DNA of 41,902 nucleotides from Xanthobacteraceae bacterium (GTDB lineage Bacteria; Pseudomonadota; Alphaproteobacteria; Rhizobiales; Xanthobacteraceae): NCBI GenBank assembly GCA_035317145.1, contig DATHHM010000312.1, positions 1 to 41,902 of the forward strand, read 5' to 3'. Shown piece by piece: positions 34,324 to 41,902 of this stretch (position 1 is its first letter; each line of letters starts with the position of its first letter). The notes under the pieces were generated by a model. It saw only the letters and a program-made list of their open reading frames with translations, ran no database searches and was not told where the DNA came from. The position numbers and the translations under genes were made by a program.

Positions 34324-35507
34324 CCGGCCCATAACTTTTTGCTGGCGATGCGGGCGCCTTCGACCAGCGACCGCAGCTTGGCCCATGCAATATCGGGATG
34401 TACTTCGTCGCCGGCGCCCGAGGTGCCGAACCCGCAATCGGTGCCGGCGATCACCTTTTCGCGCCCGACCACTTCGGCGAACCGGACGATGCGTTGCGCC
34501 ACCAGTTCCGGATGCTCGACCAGGTGAATGCAGTGTGAGACGACGCCGGGGATCAAAATTTTGTCGTCCGGCAGGCGCACATCGCGCCACAATTCCCACT
34601 CGTGCTCATGCCGTGGATTGGCGGCTTCGATGGCATAGGCGCCGGCGCGGATCTGCAGCATCAAATCGACGAAATGCTTCAGTTCGAAGTCGAACAGGCG
34701 CGGCGCGATATTAACGCTGTAGCAGGTATGGAAGCGCACGCGGTCCGGCGGAATGCCGCGCAGAGCGTGATTGACGGCCTCGACGCGCAGCGCCATGAAT
34801 TTCCGGCAATCGTCGACGGACGCGTCGGGCGTGCGGTTGTAGTGCGTCGCCATCCGCGGGTCGTCGATCTGCAGCACAAATCCGGCATCGACGATGGCTT
34901 TGTACTCGACGTGCATGGCGTCGGCCAAAGCGGCGAGATACTCCTCCGCCGAACCGTAATAGTGATTGTCGTAATAGAGCTCCAGGTTCGACGGCGATAT
35001 CGCGGTGACAAAAGCCTCCTCGGCTTTCACACCCTTGAGCGCGGCTTTGAGGTTGTCGATATCGGCGCGCAGTTCGCTTTGGCCGACATAAGCGATCGGG
35101 CCGCCGCAGACCCACGCCTTGGGGCGTACCGTGCGCTTGGCGACGATGGCCGACGACCTTCCCGCCAGCATCGTTTTCATGTCTTCGTAGGCTGCAGGAA
35201 AGGCGAGCGAATCGCGGGTCGCGCCGCGAAAGCGCACCGGACTGTCGATTTCCTCAAGGCCCGAGAGCCGGCCGCGCGCGTAGGCCATCCAGCTCACTTT
35301 GCTGTGCTCACCGTCGTTGATCACGTCGAGGCCGGCATCGGCCTGGCGACGCACGATTTCGGCAATGGCTCGGCTCACGCGGCTATCAAGCGCGCGTGCG
35401 TCGTAGTTTTTGCCAAGTTCCTTGGCGTTGAGAGCTTCGACGAGGTCCGGTGGACGCGGCAGGCTGCCGGTATGCGTCGTGAGAATTCGCTGACCATTTC
35501 GCTTCAT
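34320..35507 (-). CDS. Cobalamin-independent methionine synthase II (MetE C-terminal-like) family protein, paralog
   Basis: ATG 35507. RILTTHTGSLPRP, HTCYS and TDCGFG. Overlaps the convergent paralog by 4 bp (CTAG). Confidence 0.8.
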   Translation of the reverse strand: MKRNGQRILTTHTGSLPRPPDLVEALNAKELGKNYDARALDSRVSRAIAEIVRRQADAGLDVINDGEHSKVSWMAYARGRLSGLEEIDSPVRFRGATRDSLAFPAAYEDMKTMLAGRSSAIVAKRTVRPKAWVCGGPIAYVGQSELRADIDNLKAALKGVKAEEAFVTAISPSNLELYYDNHYYGSAEEYLAALADAMHVEYKAIVDAGFVLQIDDPRMATHYNRTPDASVDDCRKFMALRVEAVNHALRGIPPDRVRFHTCYSVNIAPRLFDFELKHFVDLMLQIRAGAYAIEAANPRHEHEWELWRDVRLPDDKILIPGVVSHCIHLVEHPELVAQRIVRFAEVVGREKVIAGTDCGFGTSGAGDEVHPDIAWAKLRSLVEGARIASKKLWAG

Positions 35508-35662
35508 GAGAAATTCCGCTCGCAAACGAAAGAGCGACACCATCTCGCCCTTTCGCAATCTCGTACTCCAGGGCGAGAAACAAAAGCAGCCAATGTGTCA
35601 GATTGCCGGCTGACCGCCTTGTCGGAATGAAACTTCCGACCCGCCTAAGTGCTTGATTGAAG

Positions 35663-35738
<76 letters not shown>

Positions 35739-36082
35739 TAACCGCAGAACGGCACGTGGTTAGGCACTTCCACCATTTTGCCGCGGCGCCGATTCGGCGC
35801 TCAGACAAAGAAGCCGCCCCGACGGGGAGCGGCACCCTAGGGCAGATATAGCGAGGGGGTTGGGAGCGGGCAAGCGCGCCGGACGGCGGCTGGCAAATCG
35901 CGCGGAAGGCGCTTCGATGTCGTTACGCGACAAGCCGATTGTCCGCGCCGGACAAATATCCGGACCGATGCCGAATTGGCGGTCCGGAACATTGTGCCAC
36001 CGACCCGGCCGGCGCCGCTAACCCACGATGGATGTTCGCGGATTCTCAGCGATCCCAAACATCGCGGTATCCCGCTAGGTCC

Positions 36083-36136
36083 GCGCTTTTTCCTGGAATG
36101 TTGCCGAAGTATCACAGGAATCGGTTCGCCGGTTTG
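36083..36136 (+). promoter_or_regulatory. Conserved upstream block shared by the two porin paralogs (copy 1)
   Basis: gcgctttttcctggaatgttgccgaagtatcacaggaatcggttcgccggtttg is nearly identical to 37136-37190. A promoter or operator role is inferred only. Confidence 0.4.
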
Positions 36137-36191
36137 CTAGTGTTCAATTTCCTTTCGCTGGCGCGACGGCCACGAACCGGGGGACAGTCCG

Positions 36192-36983
36192 ATGAAAAAA
36201 CTTCTCTGTGCAGGCGCGATGCTCGCTTCCTTGGCCGCGATCCAATCGGCCAGCGCGGCCGATATGGCACTCAAGGCGCCGCCGCTGCCGGCGCCGGTCT
36301 ATAGCTGGACCGGCTGGTATGTCGGCTTGAACCTCGGCGGCAGCTTCGGCAGGGCCGCTGATACATCCACTTTTGGCGCTGGCCCGACAGTATTATCCTC
36401 CACATCGTCCCGTCTCGATGGCGTAATTGGCGGTGGTCAGATCGGCTACAACTGGCAGGCCAGCAGCAACTGGCTGCTCGGGCTCGAGGCTGACATCCAG
36501 GGCAGCAGCGAGCGAGGCACAGCGACGAGCAGCGTCGGCATCGCCGGCTTGTGCGGCGTCATTGCCGTCTTTCCATGCACGACCCTCGGTACCCTTGTGG
36601 ACCAGGAAAAGCTGCCCTGGTTCGGCACGGTCCGCGGACGGGTCGGCGTCCTGGCAAGTCCCACTTGGCTGTTCTACGTCACCGGCGGTCTCGCCTATGG
36701 CGAAATCAAGAGCAACGAAACCCTCACCGTTGCTGGCGGCCCCTTCGCCGGCGGCGTCTTGGCCAATAACTTCAGCACCACCAGGGCCGGCTGGACCGTT
36801 GGCGGCGGCGTCGAAGGTGTCATAAGCGCCAATTGGACGGCAAAGCTCGAATATCTCTATATGGACTACGGTACGATCAATAACACTTTTGCGGGAGTGG
36901 GTCCGTTCTTCACCCCGATCAATCTGAGCACGCACGTCACCGACAACGTTGTGCGCGCCGGCATCAACTACCACTTCCACTGA
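36192..36983 (+). CDS. Outer-membrane beta-barrel protein, Omp25/Omp31/RopB-type
   Basis: Signal MKKLLCAGAMLASLAAIQSASAADMALKAPP, WTGWYVGLNLGG, and C-terminal VRAGINYHF. Confidence 0.85.
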   Translation: MKKLLCAGAMLASLAAIQSASAADMALKAPPLPAPVYSWTGWYVGLNLGGSFGRAADTSTFGAGPTVLSSTSSRLDGVIGGGQIGYNWQASSNWLLGLEADIQGSSERGTATSSVGIAGLCGVIAVFPCTTLGTLVDQEKLPWFGTVRGRVGVLASPTWLFYVTGGLAYGEIKSNETLTVAGGPFAGGVLANNFSTTRAGWTVGGGVEGVISANWTAKLEYLYMDYGTINNTFAGVGPFFTPINLSTHVTDNVVRAGINYHFH

Positions 36984-37023
36984 ACGAATAGCTTTCCGCC
37001 AAGACACTTTCCGCCAAGACGAA

Positions 37024-37053
37024 GGGCCGCTCCTCGGAGCGGCCCTTTCAGTT
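37024..37053 (+). terminator. Rho-independent terminator of porin gene 1
   Basis: gggccgct-cctcgg-agcggccc stem-loop followed by tttcagttt. Confidence 0.65.
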
Positions 37054-37135
37054 TGACGAACGCGCACCTAACTCACGACGACTATTGCGAACTCTCCGCC
37101 GAGCGCTAACGGTCAAACCATCCAGCCAGCCGTTC

Positions 37136-37190
37136 GCGCTTTTTTCTGGGATGTTGCCCAAGTATCACAGGAATCGGCTCGCCGGTTTGG
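37136..37190 (+). promoter_or_regulatory. Conserved upstream block shared by the two porin paralogs (copy 2)
   Basis: gcgcttttttctgggatgttgcccaagtatcacaggaatcggctcgccggtttg. See 36083-36136. Confidence 0.4.
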
Positions 37191-37241
37191 TAACGTAAAA
37201 TCTCTGCCGACTGACGCAGACGCCCCGACCGGGAGGCACCC

Positions 37242-38030
37242 ATGAATAAACTTCTTTTGGCAGCGACGGCTGTTATCGGCTTTGCTGCGATCAACACAGC
37301 CAACGCGGCCGACATGGCGCTCAAGGCGCCGCCACCCGCACCGGTGATAGACGAGTGGACTGGCCCGTATATCGGCTTGAATCTTGGCGGCAGCTGGGGA
37401 CGATCGAGGACGACCTATAGCGATCCGGATCCCGCCTTTGTGCCATTCGCCACCTCGCAGAACATGAACGGCGTGCTCGGCGGCGCCCAGATCGGTTACA
37501 ACGTGCAGATCATGAGGAACTGGCTGCTCGGCCTCGAGGCCGATTTCCAGGGCACCGCCCAGCGCGGTTCATCGACTTTTCCGCCGATCACCGAAATTTT
37601 CGCGGGCGCGGCGGTCGTAGTGGTCACAACGACGGGAACCTTGACGCAAAAGATGCCATGGTTCGGCACTGTGCGGGCGCGGCTGGGCGTCGAGCCTAGC
37701 GAACATTGGTTGCTCTACGTGACCGGCGGTCTGGCCTATGCGGAGATCAGGAGCACCGCCGCGATCAGCGCCGTCGCGGTTGCTCCGGGCGGCACGGCGA
37801 CAGCGGCGCTATCCTCGAGCGTCAACAACGACCGCGCCGGGTGGACGGGCGGCTTTGGCGCGGAGTGGATGTTTGCCAAGCAGTGGAGCGCGAAGGTCGA
37901 ATATCTCTACATGGACTACGGCCACATCAACGACGGCTTCCTCGGCGTTGGTACCTTGGCCGTGCTGGGGATCAACTCGCACGTGACCGACAATGTCGTG
38001 CGGGCCGGCGTGAACCTTCACTTCCACTGA
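37242..38030 (+). CDS. Outer-membrane beta-barrel protein, Omp25/Omp31/RopB-type, paralog
   Basis: RBS GGGAGG. Signal MNKLLLAATAVIGFAAINTANAADMALKAPP. C-terminal VRAGVNLHF. Confidence 0.85.
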   Translation: MNKLLLAATAVIGFAAINTANAADMALKAPPPAPVIDEWTGPYIGLNLGGSWGRSRTTYSDPDPAFVPFATSQNMNGVLGGAQIGYNVQIMRNWLLGLEADFQGTAQRGSSTFPPITEIFAGAAVVVVTTTGTLTQKMPWFGTVRARLGVEPSEHWLLYVTGGLAYAEIRSTAAISAVAVAPGGTATAALSSSVNNDRAGWTGGFGAEWMFAKQWSAKVEYLYMDYGHINDGFLGVGTLAVLGINSHVTDNVVRAGVNLHFH

Positions 38031-38070
38031 ACGAAAAGTTTTTCGCCAAGACACTTTCCGCCAAGACAAA

Positions 38071-38097
38071 GGGCCGCTCTCGCGAGCGGCCCTTTTT
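38071..38097. terminator. Rho-independent terminator (porin gene 2; possibly bidirectional with convergent leuA)
   Basis: gggccgctc-tcgc-gagcggccc followed by ttttt. leuA ends at 38120 on the opposite strand, and the stem is preceded by aaa. Confidence 0.75.
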
Positions 38098-38119
38098 AAT
38101 TTGATGGCCGAGAAAGCCC

Positions 38120-39742
38120 TTACCCAACATCCGTCGAGTGCAGGCGGCGCTCGTCCGATTGGCCGCGGAGCTGCCGGGCCATCAGCTTGTTCAGCGCCGC
38201 GAGATACGCCCTCGCCGAGGCGACCAAAGTATCGGGGTCGGCGCCCTTCGCGGTCACCGCGCGGCCGTTCTCCGACAGGCGCACCGAGACTTCGGCTTGC
38301 GCGTCGGTGCCTGCCGTCACGGCGTGCACCTGATAGAGCTCCAGCACCGCATCGTGCGGCACCATCGCCTTGATGCAATTGAACACCGCGTCGACCGGGC
38401 CGTTGCCCTCGCACTCTTCGAGCATCGTCTTGCCGTTGACGTCGAGCTTCATGGTGGCGCGCTGCGGCCCGCGGGTGCCGGCGATCACCGACAGCGAGAC
38501 GAGCTTGATGTGATCCTGGAAGGTCGCGATCTCCTCGTCGACCAGCGCCTCGAGGTCCTCGTCGTAGACGTGCTTCTTGCGGTCGGCCAGCGCCTTGAAG
38601 CGCACGAAGGCATCTTCGAGCTGGTTGCCGGCGAGCTTGTAGCCGAGCTCCTCCAACTTGTGCACAAACGCGTGCCGTCCGGAATGCTTGCCCATGACCA
38701 GCGAGGTCTGCTTCACGCCGACATCCGCGGGCATCATGATCTCGTAGGTCTGGGTATGCTTGAGCATGCCGTCCTGGTGGATGCCGCTCTCGTGCGCGAA
38801 GGCGTTCCGGCCGACGATCGCCTTGTTGTATTGCACCGGGAAAGACGTGACGGCGGCAACGAGCTTCGACGCCCGCGTCAGCATGGTGGCGTCGACGCCG
38901 GTCCAGAACGGCATCACGTCGTTGCGCACCCGCATCGCCATCACCGCTTCTTCCAGCGAGGCATTGCCGGCGCGTTCGCCAATGCCGTTGATGGTGCACT
39001 CGATCTGGCGGGCGCCGGCGCGCACGCCGGCGAGCGAATTCGCCACCGCCATGCCGAGATCGTCGTGGCAATGCACCGAGAACACCGCCTTGTCGGAGTT
39101 CGGCACCCGCTCGCGCACGGTCTTGAACAGGTTGTAGTACTCGTCCGGCACCGTGTAGCCGACGGTGTCGGGGATGTTGATCGTCGTCGCGCCCGCCTTG
39201 ATCGCGGCCTCGACGCAGCGGCAGAGGAAATCGTGCTCGGTGCGGGTGCCGTCCTCGCACGACCATTCGACATTGTCGGTATGGCCGCGCGCCCGCGTCA
39301 CCGAGCCGACCACCATCTCGAAAACCTTCTCCGGCTCGAGCTGCAGCTTCCATTTCATGTGCACCGGCGAGGTGGAGATGAAGGTGTGGATGCGCGACTG
39401 CCGGGCCGGCTTGACCGCTTCGCCGGCGCGGTCGATGTCCTTGAAGCCGGCGCGGGCAAGCCCACAGATCACGGCGTTCTTGGTACGTTTGGCGATCTCG
39501 TTCACCGCGGCGAAATCGCCTTCGGAGGCGATCGGAAATCCGGCTTCGATGATGTCGACGCCCATGGTGTCGAGGAGCTCGGCGACTTCGAGCTTCTCCT
39601 CATGGGTCATGGTGGCGCCGGGGCACTGCTCGCCGTCGCGCAAGGTGGTGTCGAAGATGACGACGCGGTCCTTTTCGGACCTCGCTGGCGCAGATTTGGC
39701 CGACTCAGATTTGGCCGGCTCGGATTTGCCTGGCGTGGTCAT
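38120..39742 (-). CDS. leuA: 2-isopropylmalate synthase
   Basis: ATG 39742 after GAAGGA. VVIFDTTLRDGEQCPGATM, HCHDDLGMAVANSLAG, and a C-terminal LeuA dimerisation/regulatory domain. Confidence 0.92.
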   Translation of the reverse strand: MTTPGKSEPAKSESAKSAPARSEKDRVVIFDTTLRDGEQCPGATMTHEEKLEVAELLDTMGVDIIEAGFPIASEGDFAAVNEIAKRTKNAVICGLARAGFKDIDRAGEAVKPARQSRIHTFISTSPVHMKWKLQLEPEKVFEMVVGSVTRARGHTDNVEWSCEDGTRTEHDFLCRCVEAAIKAGATTINIPDTVGYTVPDEYYNLFKTVRERVPNSDKAVFSVHCHDDLGMAVANSLAGVRAGARQIECTINGIGERAGNASLEEAVMAMRVRNDVMPFWTGVDATMLTRASKLVAAVTSFPVQYNKAIVGRNAFAHESGIHQDGMLKHTQTYEIMMPADVGVKQTSLVMGKHSGRHAFVHKLEELGYKLAGNQLEDAFVRFKALADRKKHVYDEDLEALVDEEIATFQDHIKLVSLSVIAGTRGPQRATMKLDVNGKTMLEECEGNGPVDAVFNCIKAMVPHDAVLELYQVHAVTAGTDAQAEVSVRLSENGRAVTAKGADPDTLVASARAYLAALNKLMARQLRGQSDERRLHSTDVG

Positions 39743-39851
39743 GACGTTGGGTCCTTCTCGTTTGCGCCCGCCGCTCGGGGTCAAGGCGCTCGTGGGTTCC
39801 GTGGCTTCAGTCGAACCCCTGAGTGCCCAGGCGCAAACGCCCAGACGGCCC

Positions 39852-39956
39852 TCAGGGGGCGCTAAGCAGCAGGAGCCCGCCGAGAATGAGGGCAGCACCG
39901 GCCGAGGCCTGCACGGCCTCCCGGGTCATCGCGCGGAAATCGCGGCGCGTCGACAT
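39852..39956 (-). CDS. 34-codon mini-ORF upstream of leuA: candidate Leu-rich leader peptide (or small TM peptide)
   Basis: MSTRRDFRAMTREAVQASAGAALILGGLLLLSAP-stop, with GAGGG 8 nt upstream. 6 Leu in the last 12 codons, 4 of them consecutive. The stop codon is embedded in a hairpin arm. Confidence 0.4.
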   Translation of the reverse strand: MSTRRDFRAMTREAVQASAGAALILGGLLLLSAP

Positions 39957-40050
39957 TGCCAAACCCTCGTTACCGTCCAAAGGTCGCGGATCAAGATGAA
40001 TTCCGCGTTAACCTCATGTGGTACGGCAGTCTTGTAGCGGAAATGGCGGC

Positions 40051-40068
40051 GCAGGCGCAAGCGCCTGC
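40051..40068. terminator. Perfect 8-bp GC hairpin just downstream of the PPK2 gene (possible terminator)
   Basis: gcaggcgc-aa-gcgcctgc, 12 nt past the PPK2 stop. No clear U-tract. Confidence 0.3.
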
Positions 40069-40079
40069 GGACGGCGCCC

Positions 40080-40985
40080 TCACTCGGCCCTGAGCGCGCG
40101 TTCGGCCTTTTTCAGCGCCTTGAGCGCTTTGCCGGCGACCTTCGGATATTCCAGCTTGAGGCCTTCCAGCGCCTCGATGATCGCCGCGGAAACGACCAGC
40201 CATGCCACATGTTTGTGGTCGGCAGGGACGACGTACCACGGCGCATAGTCCGTCGAGGTTTCGCGGATCATGTCCTGGTAGGCGGCCATGTAATCGTCCC
40301 AGCGCTTGCGCTCGGCGACGTCGCTCATCGAGAACTTCCAGCGCTTGGCTGGTTCGTCGAGCCGCGCCAGGAAGCGCTTGCACTGCTCGTCCTTGGAAAT
40401 GCGCAAGTGGAATTTCAGCACCACCGTGCCGTTGCGCGCGAGATGCTGCTCGAAGGCGCGAATTTCCTTGAAGCGGTGCTTCCAGATGTTCTTGCCGGTG
40501 GCGCCCGGCGGCAGGTTCTGCCGCTCCAGCAGGTCCGGATGCACCCGCACCACCAGCACCTCCTCGTAATGGGAGCGATTGAAAATGCCGATGCGGCCGC
40601 GCGCCGGCACGTCTCTGCCGGTCCGCCACAAGAAATCGTGGGCGAGCTCTTCGGCACTGGGCGCCTTGAACGAATGCACCTCGCAGCCCTGCGGATCGAT
40701 GCCGGACATCACATGTTTGACCACGCCGTCCTTGCCGGCCGCATCCATGCCCTGGAGCACGATCAGCACGCCCCATCGCCCTTGGGCGTAAAGTCGCTGC
40801 TGCAATTCCTCGATCCGGGCCATGCTGTCGGCAAGGATCCGCTTGACGTCCTGGATGTCGGTGGAGAGGCCGAAGCTTTCCGCCGGATCGTGGTCGGCGA
40901 GCTTGAAATGCCGCGGCTTGTCGATACGGCAATGCTTGACGATCTTGGCGAGCTTCATGGGTGTCTCGTTGCGCTGCGTAGCCAT
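40080..40985 (-). CDS. ppk2: Polyphosphate kinase 2 (PPK2) family protein
   Basis: ATG 40985. Walker-A-like QGMDAAGKDG, FLWR, and FNRSHYEEVLVVRVH motifs. Confidence 0.85.
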   Translation of the reverse strand: MATQRNETPMKLAKIVKHCRIDKPRHFKLADHDPAESFGLSTDIQDVKRILADSMARIEELQQRLYAQGRWGVLIVLQGMDAAGKDGVVKHVMSGIDPQGCEVHSFKAPSAEELAHDFLWRTGRDVPARGRIGIFNRSHYEEVLVVRVHPDLLERQNLPPGATGKNIWKHRFKEIRAFEQHLARNGTVVLKFHLRISKDEQCKRFLARLDEPAKRWKFSMSDVAERKRWDDYMAAYQDMIRETSTDYAPWYVVPADHKHVAWLVVSAAIIEALEGLKLEYPKVAGKALKALKKAERALRAE

Positions 40986-40986
40986 G

Positions 40987-41703
40987 TCACCGCTCCCACT
41001 CCCGCTCCAGATAAGCAACCACCGAGGGCGGCATCCGCGCATCGATGTCGGCCGGCCCGCGCACGATGCGGATATCGGCGAGCTCGGGGTGCTTGTCACC
41101 GGCGATGTGGCGCATGATCCGGGCGCGCAACTCGTCGGCGTTTTGACGTGCCGTAAGCCGCTTCATGAACCCAAGAAAACACCGATCGCGCACCACGGTC
41201 CACCCTGCTTCGGCATCGAGCTCCGCGATGGCAATGCCGGTCTCCTCCAAAAGTTCACGGCATAGATTGCCATGCAGGTCGAATAGGCCGCCGCTGCCGA
41301 CGTCGTCCGGCTCCGGCGTCCCGCACGGAAAATAGGTGCGCCCCGCCCCCGCCGTATAGGACGCCATCTCGCCGAGCAGATAGCCGCCGTCGGCCGAGCG
41401 CAGCGCTGCGGCGGCGAAAAAATTATAGACACCGGGATCGGGAAATTCCCGGTCGCGCCAAGTGATGAAGCTTGCGTAATCGATCTCGAAACAGGCGCCG
41501 CGCAACGCCCGCCCGGCAATGGCGTAGCGATTGAGGAGCAGGACGCGGCCATTCCATACGCCCGGCCGCTGGCGTTGCAGCTCGGTAAAATATCGATCGA
41601 TGTCAGCGCTCCGGTCGCTGGCAAACGGCCACGACCAGGGCTCAAGCGTGATCTCGGCGCTATCGATCTCGAAGATTTCGGGAGTTGGATAAGGCTGCGT
41701 CAT
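40987..41703 (-). CDS. Nudix-like hydrolase
   Basis: ATG 41703. Nudix-box core RELLEETGI, with the upstream part of the box degenerate. The stop lies 1 nt before the PPK2 start. Confidence 0.6.
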   Translation of the reverse strand: MTQPYPTPEIFEIDSAEITLEPWSWPFASDRSADIDRYFTELQRQRPGVWNGRVLLLNRYAIAGRALRGACFEIDYASFITWRDREFPDPGVYNFFAAAALRSADGGYLLGEMASYTAGAGRTYFPCGTPEPDDVGSGGLFDLHGNLCRELLEETGIAIAELDAEAGWTVVRDRCFLGFMKRLTARQNADELRARIMRHIAGDKHPELADIRIVRGPADIDARMPPSVVAYLEREWER

Positions 41704-41770
41704 CGCCGATCGATTATGGCGATGACGCAGCCGGATGGCATCAGGCAAATGCGTCGATGACTGGACGCAC

Positions 41771-41902
41771 TCACATCTTCCATGGGTTGACGAACAGCCC
41801 GACCAGACCGGCCGAGCCTTTGGCGTGCACGGGCGGACCCTCCGGTGCGATTTTCGCGGCCACTTCGTCCTTGGTCAGGCCGGGCGGCAGGTCCTTCGGA
41901 TC
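41771..41902 (-). CDS. C-terminal fragment of an unidentified CDS running off the window
   Basis: Open frame from the window edge to TGA at 41773..41771: DPKDLPPGLTKDEVAAKIAPEGPPVHAKGSAGLVGLFVNPWKM. GC-rich third codon positions. Confidence 0.3.
   Translation of the reverse strand, partial: DPKDLPPGLTKDEVAAKIAPEGPPVHAKGSAGLVGLFVNPWKM

Noticed and set aside
35508-35662. Possible Met/SAM or cobalamin riboswitch upstream of the MetE-like gene
   Set aside because: Hairpins are visible, but I could not recognise the SAM-II or cobalamin consensus by eye. It is reported only as a structured leader and not called as an ncRNA.
30543-35662. Active mobile element or genomic island
   Set aside because: There is no integrase, transposase, excisionase or conjugation gene between the repeats. 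Only the att-like repeat geometry supports a past insertion, so it is listed as a remnant hypothesis rather than a mobile_element feature.
35739-36082. ORF-poor stretch of about 340 bp between tRNA-Lys and the porin upstream block, examined for integrase remnants or an sRNA
   Set aside because: Only short hairpins are present (gcgccg-att-cggcgc, ccgga-caaata-tccgg). Nothing looks integrase-like in any frame, and no promoter/terminator pair is clear enough to call an RNA gene.
38138-39865. 575-aa plus-strand ORF, and the 514-aa minus-strand ORF 37809..39353
   Set aside because: They are the antisense frame and an alternative frame of leuA, whose own frame carries unmistakable 2-isopropylmalate synthase motifs. 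Both alternatives are Arg/Gly/His-rich low complexity.

Overview
High-GC alphaproteobacterial chromosomal segment; Bradyrhizobiaceae-like is my inference from composition, a hopanoid-locus edge and GC-rich REP-like palindromes. I support about 40 CDS and one tRNA-Lys(CUU). I saw no rRNA, CRISPR, transposase, integrase, prophage, recognisable defence genes or transcription factor.

Contents in order:
- HpnB-like glycosyltransferase (partial) and ispA.
- Patatin-like lipase with an overlapping small secreted partner.
- Orphan solute-binding protein, two secreted unknowns and an extradiol dioxygenase.
- Accessory patch (7.1-9.9 kb) with three Cys-rich DUF4189-like secreted paralogs, a secreted Pro-rich protein and a short ORF missing from the ORF track.
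- Nitroreductase.
- LivK/H/M-type ABC importer with no ATPase gene.
- AT-rich islet encoding a tandem-repeat Cys-rich secreted mini-protein.
- Divergent CoA-dependent catabolic cluster around a UbiD-family decarboxylase.
- Stand-alone BamA/Omp85 paralog.
- Oxidoreductase, ThDP-enzyme and decarboxylase-like cluster.
- NitT/TauT-type importer (again no ATPase) with two convergent MetE-like genes.
- tRNA-Lys.
- Duplicated Omp25-type porin cassette.
- leuA with a Leu-rich upstream mini-ORF.
- PPK2 and a Nudix-like gene.

Most notable calls:
1. An unannotated SelW/Rdx-family ORF with an in-frame TGA exactly at the CxxU redox position, making it a candidate selenoprotein.
2. The AT-rich islet with a 3 x 31-aa Cys-rich secreted repeat protein.
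3. A 14-nt copy of the tRNA-Lys 3' end that delimits a 5.1-kb integrase-less islet.
4. The UbiD-centred cluster with two adenylate-forming enzymes.
5. A candidate leucine leader peptide with mutually exclusive hairpins upstream of leuA.

All functional names come from motif and family recognition by eye. No database search was run.
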